From Pseudobdellovibrionaceae bacterium (lineage in GTDB: Bacteria; Bdellovibrionota; Bdellovibrionia; Bdellovibrionales; Bdellovibrionaceae): a DNA stretch of 17,755 nucleotides. The notes below the pieces were generated by a model. It saw nothing but the letters and a program-made list of their open reading frames with translations. It was not told where the DNA came from and made no database searches. The position numbers and the translations under genes are program-made. Below are positions 1 through 6,084 of the stretch, in pieces. The number at the start of each line of letters is the position of its first letter. The stretch's first letter is position 1. The stretch covers positions 1 to 17,755 of the forward strand of contig JBIKLL010000058.1 in assembly GCA_044359815.1 (NCBI GenBank). Direction: 5' to 3'.

Positions 1-1
1 G

Positions 2-556
2 AGTTCTCCGCAGAAGGTCCTGAGTAACTTAAAGTTAGATAAAAAAATGGATGATGTTCTTGCGTATTACGCCCAGAAAAGAAAAATCAGATCTAATCTG
101 AAGTATAGAACTCCAGCTGAATTTGCCAGTTTTAATTGCTTATCCTATGGTTCAATCAAAGACGAAGTCATCAGCAGGGACGTGACCTACAAGGGCGAAA
201 AATTACAATTTAGATGGTATAAGACAGCTGCGGTTTCAGAAGATTCAATACCTAACGTCGCATTTTTCAAGAAAGCAGCCAAATTGCTGGCGCCTGGGTT
301 TGATTACGGAATGATGCAAACTAAATCCAGCCCCACTGTGGATGGGGCTTCGACTATCAGCGAAGATTTGTTTGCTCAGGCCGATTTTAGATTGAGCCGA
401 TTGGGATTTCTGAGGGACGCAGATATTTTTATGGGTTCACCTTGGCTTGAGAAGCGTCCAGACATTATGGAAGTTTATCCCTATTATTTGCATCTAAATC
501 GTTACGTGCAGGTCTTTCGTGACAGATACCGACAGACTAGGGGAAGTTTTCAATGA
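2..556 (+). CDS. Hypothetical protein, probably 5'-truncated by the window edge
   Basis: The frame of ORF 47..556 is open back to base 2 (SSPQKVLSNLKLDKK-M), so the true start is probably upstream of the window. Its stop overlaps the next start (ATGA at 553-556), typical of translational coupling. No family motif recognised. Confidence 0.7.
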   Translation, partial: SSPQKVLSNLKLDKKMDDVLAYYAQKRKIRSNLKYRTPAEFASFNCLSYGSIKDEVISRDVTYKGEKLQFRWYKTAAVSEDSIPNVAFFKKAAKLLAPGFDYGMMQTKSSPTVDGASTISEDLFAQADFRLSRLGFLRDADIFMGSPWLEKRPDIMEVYPYYLHLNRYVQVFRDRYRQTRGSFQ

Positions 557-1149
557 TTATATCAGTTTTTCTGTTTTTACTTTCATTCGGAGCAAAATCC
601 CAAACTATGATTTCAGCGGACTATTCGGCACCAGCCAGAGTCCAGTATTTGAATCAAGCGATTATGGCGTTTAAAGTAGCTGATAAAGAGCTTATCAACA
701 ACACTCAACAATTTTTAAGAAACCAAAATCGTTATGCGTGTTCTGCCCAATCCGAGCAATTGAAGATTCAGTGTTTGATCCAACAGGCAACCGCCAGCTG
801 CGAGGGTGGCAAAAAAAATCTGATCAACGAATGCAAAATAATTTCTGATGTGGTGGTCAGTAATTTGATCGAAGAAAAAACCATGCTTCCCAAGAACACC
901 TTGAACAAATTGCTTCGCAGTATGAGTGGCTCGCGAGACATGATGTTAAATGCTATCAATGGACGCTATGCTCGTTTGACCAGTGATTTTATTTTGGCTT
1001 CAAAAAACAAATGCCACAGTCTGGATGAAACCTGTTTGTCTGCTGAAATAAACAAATTTTGCACTGAAAGATCAAACAGAAAAACAATTGCTTGGCAAGG
1101 CTGTGCGGGAGCCATTGTTTGGTTTATTGGTTCGCACATCAAGGAATAA
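553..1149 (+). CDS. Secreted cysteine-rich hypothetical protein (198 aa)
   Basis: Hydrophobic N-terminus with a signal-peptidase-like site (MIISVFLFLLSFGAKS/Q). Eight Cys in two similar 4-Cys groups. ATGA coupling to the upstream ORF. Confidence 0.75.
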   Translation: MIISVFLFLLSFGAKSQTMISADYSAPARVQYLNQAIMAFKVADKELINNTQQFLRNQNRYACSAQSEQLKIQCLIQQATASCEGGKKNLINECKIISDVVVSNLIEEKTMLPKNTLNKLLRSMSGSRDMMLNAINGRYARLTSDFILASKNKCHSLDETCLSAEINKFCTERSNRKTIAWQGCAGAIVWFIGSHIKE

Positions 1150-1161
1150 AAGGGGGCTAAG

Positions 1162-2358
1162 GTGTCTAAGAAAATTTATGCTTTATTGGATAAGGCCATC
1201 GACAACCTTAAAGCGGGTGGTTTATTTAAGCCAGAATTCGTAGTCAACTCTGCTCAGGGCCGTGAAATCAAAATTGGAACTAAGACCTATTTAAACTTTA
1301 GCTCAGACGATTTTTTGGGATTGGCAAACAGCGATCGCATTCAAAGAGCCGCCATCAGATATGTGCAAGAACACGGAAACGGATTGGCATCACCCAGAAT
1401 TATAACTGGCACTCAGAAAATCCATCAAGAATTCGAGGAAGACATTGCAGAGTTTTTCAAAAAAGATTCTGCCATGATTTTTACCAGCCAATACGATGCC
1501 TGCCTGGGTTTATTTGAGTCTTTGTTTAACGAACAGGATTTTATTTTCTGTGATACCTATGCTCATCCGTCGTTGATTGATGGAATTTACAAAACTCCGG
1601 CGCAGAAATTATTTTACCTGCGAAACATACTGGGGGATTTAGAAGATCAGTTAAAGCGATCACCCAGGGCCAGATTCAGAGTCATTGTCACAGAAGGTGT
1701 TTATGCCATGGATGGACAGACGGCTCATCTGGAAGAAATTTGTAAGCTGGCAGCAGACTACGATGCTCTGGTATTTTTGAATGATTCACTGGGCGTAGGT
1801 GTTTTGGGTGAAACAGGCAGAGGCACGGCTGAATTTGCCAAGGTCTTGGACAAGGTTGATTTAATCACAGGTGGATTCAGTCATGGATTGTCGGGGATTG
1901 ATTTAGGTTACATTGCTGCTAACGAGAGTGTCATTGATTGGCTGAAGCAAAATTCTAAGCCTTATTCTTACAGCACAGCACCAGCACCTATGGCAGTGGG
2001 AGCTGCGCAGGAAGCTTTGCGTGCGATTCCAGAAATGACTGACGCCAGAACCCGCGTGATTGAAAACTCCAGAGTGCTCAGGGCCAAGCTGGGGCAGTCG
2101 GGCTACAATGTTACAAAAGGTCCTCATCCTATTATTTCAGTGATTACTTATGAAGCCGTAAAAACTCAGAAGCTTATGGATTCATTGTTGGACGAAGGGA
2201 TTTTTGCGATTGGATTATGCTATCCATTGGTTCCCAAGGGATTTGCCCGGGTCAGATTGCAATTAAATGTTTCGCACATTGATGATGATATCAGACACGT
2301 GGTTTCGACCTTCGAAAAATACGGCGAAAAGCACAAGATATTAAAAAAGGGCGGCTAG
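1162..2358 (+). CDS. Glycine C-acetyltransferase (Kbl)-like, AOS-family aminotransferase class II protein; catalytic Lys apparently replaced
   Basis: GTG start with AGGGGG RBS. Colinear with E. coli Kbl motifs as recalled: LNFSSDDFLGLAN, SPRIITGTQ, HPSLIDG, TEGVYAMDG, GETGRG, YPLVPKGFARVRLQ. The TGTLGKALGG motif reads TGGFSHGLSG, so no kbl symbol is assigned. Confidence 0.85.
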   Translation: MSKKIYALLDKAIDNLKAGGLFKPEFVVNSAQGREIKIGTKTYLNFSSDDFLGLANSDRIQRAAIRYVQEHGNGLASPRIITGTQKIHQEFEEDIAEFFKKDSAMIFTSQYDACLGLFESLFNEQDFIFCDTYAHPSLIDGIYKTPAQKLFYLRNILGDLEDQLKRSPRARFRVIVTEGVYAMDGQTAHLEEICKLAADYDALVFLNDSLGVGVLGETGRGTAEFAKVLDKVDLITGGFSHGLSGIDLGYIAANESVIDWLKQNSKPYSYSTAPAPMAVGAAQEALRAIPEMTDARTRVIENSRVLRAKLGQSGYNVTKGPHPIISVITYEAVKTQKLMDSLLDEGIFAIGLCYPLVPKGFARVRLQLNVSHIDDDIRHVVSTFEKYGEKHKILKKGG

Positions 2359-2578
2359 CTTTTGTGGGCGACTTTACCAGATATGGCTTGTGCATTCGTA
2401 AATATATTCACAAGGTATTGAAAAAGACGGCTAGCTTTTTTTGCGCGAATTTACCTGATGTGCCCTGCTCACTAGTAAATGTATTCACAAGGTATTAAAA
2501 AAGGGCGGCTACCTTTTTTTTGCGCGACTTAACCTGATGTGCCCTGCTCACTAGTAAATGTATTAACAAGGTATAAAA
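2332..2578. repeat. Tandem repeat of 77-79 bp units (3 full copies plus a partial fourth)
   Basis: Units start at 2332, 2409, 2486 and 2565 (partial), each beginning (c/a)acaag(a/g)tat. Units 2 and 3 share an identical 33 bp tail, acctgatgtgccctgctcactagtaaatgtatt. Unit 1 differs at 9 of those 33 positions. Confidence 0.95.
2497..2521 (+). terminator. Weak A/U-stem hairpin with T-tract (possible terminator), repeated in each 77-79 bp unit
   Basis: aaaaaagg-gcggcta-cctttttt(tt) in unit 3, with similar aaaaag...cttttt in units 1 and 2. Sits right after the Kbl-like stop codon. The stem is AU-rich, so terminator function is uncertain. Confidence 0.3.
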
Positions 2579-2665
2579 TCATAGAATTATTTTTTTAAAT
2601 TCAATTTAACCGCAGGCGAGTGGGTCGGCAGATATCAGATTTTTGTTTTTATCAATTTGCCTCTT

Positions 2666-2903
2666 GGTTAGTTTGAGTTCACCGAATATCTACATTCTCC
2701 GATTCCCGATTCCCGATTCCCGATTCCCGATTCCCGATTCCCGATTCCCGATTCCCGATTCCCGATTGATTGGGGTTAGCCCGCGGTTATCGTAAATCTG
2801 TATTCGCTTTTAGGATTTGAGGTTAGTTAGCGGCTACTGAAGATCTACCTTCGCAGGTTCGCTGGTAACCGAACTGAACTACTACTACAGATTTCTCCGA
2901 TTC
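2666..2903. repeat. Degenerate ~45 bp-period repeat array (4 units)
   Basis: Units at 2666, 2774, 2821 and 2864 start ggttag/ggtaa. By hand alignment, 2666 vs 2821 match 29/40 ungapped and 2774 vs 2821 match 23/34. Units 2666 and 2864 share ttctccgattc in the same register. Confidence 0.6.
2699..2767. repeat. Heptamer VNTR (GATTCCC)9 plus partial flanks
   Basis: Nine perfect GATTCCC units at 2701-2763, with cc before and gatt after. Confidence 0.98.
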
Positions 2904-2968
2904 GCATACGGATTGGCCTCACAAGAAAATATTTATTTAGAAGATTTTTCAATTGTTTCCGCTAGTTA

Positions 2969-2997
2969 TTGAGTCTTGGATCACATTTAAATATATT
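2969..2997 (+). promoter_or_regulatory. Putative sigma70 promoter of the Y1 transposase-family gene
   Basis: TTGAGT (2969-2974), 17 bp spacer, TATATT (2992-2997). The ATG at 3005 lies 7 nt downstream. Confidence 0.45.
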
Positions 2998-3004
2998 GCC
3001 CCGT

Positions 3005-3616
3005 ATGAGATCAAAAAATCATAAAAACAATCAACAGTTATCGCTAATTCCGCAGCAGGATTTGCGTTTTGTAAAGGCCATGAGCTTTGGCGGCAGCAAG
3101 CTAAAAAAGCGCCGAAAAACTGCTCGGCCTTTGATTCCTGGAGCCATTCATCATGTGGTTTTAAAATCCAGCAAAGCTGTCGGTTCGTTGAGCTTATACA
3201 AAAATAAAAACATGACGACGGCCTTATTAAAAGAAAGATCCAAAAAATATTTCGTCGAAATCATCCAGTGGGTCAATATGGGGAATCATTTACATCTGAA
3301 AGTGCGGTTTAAAAGCCGCCAAAACTTTCAGAATTTCCTCAGAACTTTCACAGCTATTTTAGCTCGTAAAATCACCGGAGCACACAGGTCAAAATCCTTT
3401 GGAAGATTTTGGGATGGCTTGGCTTTTACCAGAATTATCACCACTAAGTTTGAAGAGCTGGGATTGCGTGCCTATTTTGAAGCCAATCACCGACAGCGAG
3501 AACTTGGATATTTTGCCCGAACTGAGTATCTGAAATCATTTAATCAGTTTTTGTACAGATTGAAACAGAGACGCGCGCTATCCGTTGATTTAGACAGAAT
3601 CAAATTTCATGGTTAG
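3005..3616 (+). CDS. Y1/HUH transposase-family protein (RAYT / IS200-like Y1_Tnp fold)
   Basis: N-terminal HHVVLKS strand, HUH motif MGNHLHL (His codons 3287 and 3293), FW motif RFWDGLAFTRII and candidate catalytic Tyr in RAYFEAN (3473-3475). ATG 3005 is preferred over the TTG at 2969 used by the ORF track. Confidence 0.8.
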   Translation: MRSKNHKNNQQLSLIPQQDLRFVKAMSFGGSKLKKRRKTARPLIPGAIHHVVLKSSKAVGSLSLYKNKNMTTALLKERSKKYFVEIIQWVNMGNHLHLKVRFKSRQNFQNFLRTFTAILARKITGAHRSKSFGRFWDGLAFTRIITTKFEELGLRAYFEANHRQRELGYFARTEYLKSFNQFLYRLKQRRALSVDLDRIKFHG

Positions 3617-3662
3617 ATTAACGTTCACGTGTAGATAATTTTTTTGGCAGAATCAAATTTCA
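3595..3662. repeat. 15 bp direct repeat cagaatcaaatttca spanning the transposase 3' end
   Basis: Exact copies at 3595-3609 and 3648-3662. Confidence 0.8.
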
Positions 3663-3665
3663 GAC

Positions 3666-5213
3666 TTAATCAGATTTTTTCTTGGGGTTATCGCTGAATT
3701 TATGGCTCAATCTGTTTTGTTTGCCGAGATCATTTTTTTGATGATTCACTTCGCGGCCTCTCGATTGATTTTCGTGACGAATTATTTCTGAACGATTTTT
3801 GCTGGGATCGCGGTCCAATCGATCATCGCCACGATCAAAGGTCGAGTTATCTTCATTGCGACTATCCTCACTCAAACCACGGTGTTCTTCTGAACTATCT
3901 GAATTATCTGTATTCGCGTTTCTGTCAAACCCTCCACCATCACGTGAACGGCCAAAACCACCGCGACTTCCGCCATCACGGGAGCGACCAAAGCCCCCGC
4001 GACCTCCGCGTGAACCACCGCGTGAACCGCCCCGCGAACCACCACGATCACTGCGACCACCTTGCGAAACTGGCTTTACGGGTTCAGGCTGTCTGGCAAC
4101 CAAGTCTTTCCAAAAGGACAAATCTGCAACAGGCATTAGCTTTTCAAAATCTAACAATCGCAATGTCATCGGCAGTGGCGCAAGTTTTCCAAATGCATCT
4201 TGTCTGCGTTCTGATCTTTTTCTAAAGGATTCAATTTTTGGAAGTCTTTCCATCAGTTCGATGGCACTCATGACCATGCCCTGCTCTGATCGAAACATTC
4301 CCAATTCTGTTTTCATAAATTCATCAAATGCGGATTCATCACCATTAAAAATTTTAAACATGGCATAGATCAATGGCAGGTAAAGCTCTACAGTGGAATC
4401 CTTGTTAACACACAATGAATCAAAACAACTCATCACTTCATGAAAAATTTCTTTCTGCTCAGGATTGTCTAATACCTGATCCAAAGTTTTCAGAGTGTAC
4501 TTCAGAACATCCAGATCCTTCATTTCCAACAGCGCAGCAGTAGGATCTTTTAATTTTAAAATTTTAATATATTCTTCGCGCTTACGTGGCAAAATTGCTG
4601 GCTCTAATAAATGCGCATTTTTAGCAATGGATTTTCTGAACTCAAATTCAATAGCAAAATTTAATTTATGTGACAACCTGATTGCCCTCAAAGATCTGAT
4701 GGGATCTTCTGTTATTCGAACATCGGGTTCACCAATCATTCTGATCGTGCGATCTTTTATGTCAGGCATCCCGTTGCAATAATCAATTAATTCATCCTTA
4801 ATCGGGTCGTAAAACAATCCATTGATGGTAAAATCTCTTCTGAGTGCGTCTTCTTCTGGTGAGCCAAAAGTATTATCACTTTTAATTGGCTCTTCGGAGG
4901 ATTCTTCCTCGGATCGTTTGGCTTCCTTTCTGAAGGTTGCAATTTCAAATTGCTTTTCACCCCGCTTGGCCAAAACCAAACGAAAGCGATTGCCAATGAC
5001 GTAGGAATTATAAATCTTTTTCCGGATTTGATTCGGTTCTGCATTAGTTGCTATGTCAAAATCTTTGGGGTGAATGCCTACCAATAAATCCCTGACACAT
5101 CCTCCAACCAAATAGCTAGTGAAGCCGGCCTTCTGAAGGTTTCGAACAATATCGATCGCCTGCGGATCAATCCAATCTGAATGCAATGTAGGTCTTTGAC
5201 TAACTCTTAACAT
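3666..5213 (-). CDS. pcnB: Poly(A) polymerase I (PcnB; PolyA_pol/CCA nucleotidyltransferase family) with a long disordered C-terminal tail
   Basis: LVGGCVRDLL, PKDFDIAT, PAP-type hairpin VIGNRFRLVL, EIATFR, DALRRDFTINGLFYD and EDPIRSLRAIR. ATG 5213 avoids overlap with the divergent gene; the ORF track start at 5261 is TTG. Confidence 0.85.
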   Translation of the reverse strand: MLRVSQRPTLHSDWIDPQAIDIVRNLQKAGFTSYLVGGCVRDLLVGIHPKDFDIATNAEPNQIRKKIYNSYVIGNRFRLVLAKRGEKQFEIATFRKEAKRSEEESSEEPIKSDNTFGSPEEDALRRDFTINGLFYDPIKDELIDYCNGMPDIKDRTIRMIGEPDVRITEDPIRSLRAIRLSHKLNFAIEFEFRKSIAKNAHLLEPAILPRKREEYIKILKLKDPTAALLEMKDLDVLKYTLKTLDQVLDNPEQKEIFHEVMSCFDSLCVNKDSTVELYLPLIYAMFKIFNGDESAFDEFMKTELGMFRSEQGMVMSAIELMERLPKIESFRKRSERRQDAFGKLAPLPMTLRLLDFEKLMPVADLSFWKDLVARQPEPVKPVSQGGRSDRGGSRGGSRGGSRGGRGGFGRSRDGGSRGGFGRSRDGGGFDRNANTDNSDSSEEHRGLSEDSRNEDNSTFDRGDDRLDRDPSKNRSEIIRHENQSRGREVNHQKNDLGKQNRLSHKFSDNPKKKSD

Positions 5214-5235
5214 TTGATTTACTGTGCTGACCACT

Positions 5236-6051
5236 ATGTCATCATACTTATCCCGCTTCAATCACCAATTTTTTGGACCAGAAAATGGGCGAAAGTGGGT
5301 ATTTTTACATGGTCTGATGGGTTATGGATTAAATTGGCGAACCATCGCTCAGGGGATTTCTGCCACAGAGCGTGTCTTGATTTATGATCAACGGGGGCAT
5401 GGTCGATCGTGGAAACCTGACACCGGATATGCGCCTGATGATTTTGCTGAAGATCTTTTTTTGATTTTGCAGGAACTGGATTGGCAGAAAATTATCTTGG
5501 TTGGCCACAGCATGGGCGGACGCAACGCGATTATGTTTGCCCATCATTTTTCTGAAAGACTTGAACGTTTAGTCATCGAAGACATTGGACCCGATTCAAA
5601 TCCCTCGGCTCCAGATTACTACAAAAAACTATTTTCCCTGATACCGACGCCCTTTGACTCTAAACTGGCGGCAAAAGAGTTTTTTATGAATGATTTTCCC
5701 TCGAAAATCAGGGGCCTGGGGCAGCCCGAGACCTTGGGGTCCTATCTGTATTCCAGCATCATTGAAACCGAGGATGGTAAGGCTGATTTTAGGTTTAGCC
5801 CAAAAGCCATGATTGAGGTTTTAGTGCTGGGGCGAGTGCAAGATCATTGGAAAGAGCTCAGGCAGATTCCCGTTCCGACTTTGGCCATTCGTGGAGAGCA
5901 CTCCCAGGAGCTCACCCCAGAGGTTTTTCAGAAAATGATTTTGTGTAATCCAAGGATTCAGGGTGTTCAGATTCCTGATGCAGGGCATTGGGTTCACTCG
6001 GATCAGCCTGTGGCATTTTTAAAAGCACTAAAAGACTTCACTGGACTTTGA
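5236..6051 (+). CDS. Alpha/beta fold hydrolase (YbfF/ABHD11-like esterase)
   Basis: FLHGLMG, YDQRGHGRS, nucleophile elbow GHSMGG and C-terminal AGHWVHSDQP. ATG 5236 is the likely start. Confidence 0.9.
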   Translation: MSSYLSRFNHQFFGPENGRKWVFLHGLMGYGLNWRTIAQGISATERVLIYDQRGHGRSWKPDTGYAPDDFAEDLFLILQELDWQKIILVGHSMGGRNAIMFAHHFSERLERLVIEDIGPDSNPSAPDYYKKLFSLIPTPFDSKLAAKEFFMNDFPSKIRGLGQPETLGSYLYSSIIETEDGKADFRFSPKAMIEVLVLGRVQDHWKELRQIPVPTLAIRGEHSQELTPEVFQKMILCNPRIQGVQIPDAGHWVHSDQPVAFLKALKDFTGL

Positions 6052-6076
6052 CAATCAGCAGTTCAGTCGTTAGTTT
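6048..6076 (+). promoter_or_regulatory. Putative sigma70 promoter for the DEAD-box helicase
   Basis: Perfect TTGACA (6048-6053, overlapping the hydrolase stop codon), 17 bp spacer, TAGTTT (6071-6076). Confidence 0.5.
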
Positions 6077-6084
6077 GACACCCT

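Noticed and set aside
1..27. 3' end of a separate upstream gene (EFSAEGPE*)
   Set aside because: The frame of ORF 47..556 is open across this stretch, which is the simpler explanation.
2332..2578. CRISPR array
   Set aside because: Units are similar along their whole length with no unique spacers, and no cas genes are present in the window.
3005..3616. Complete IS200/IS605 element or TnpB/IscB RNA-guided system
   Set aside because: No RuvC-type ORF is adjacent and no clear subterminal IS200 hairpin is seen at the right end. Only 49 bp separate the gene from the pcnB stop.
2796..3917. 12 bp match atctgtattcgc at 2796 and 3906
   Set aside because: It is a single short match, with one copy inside pcnB, and is compatible with chance.
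3799..4368. 189 aa Pro/Arg/Ser-rich ORF on the plus strand
   Set aside because: It is the antisense shadow of the pcnB RGG tail.
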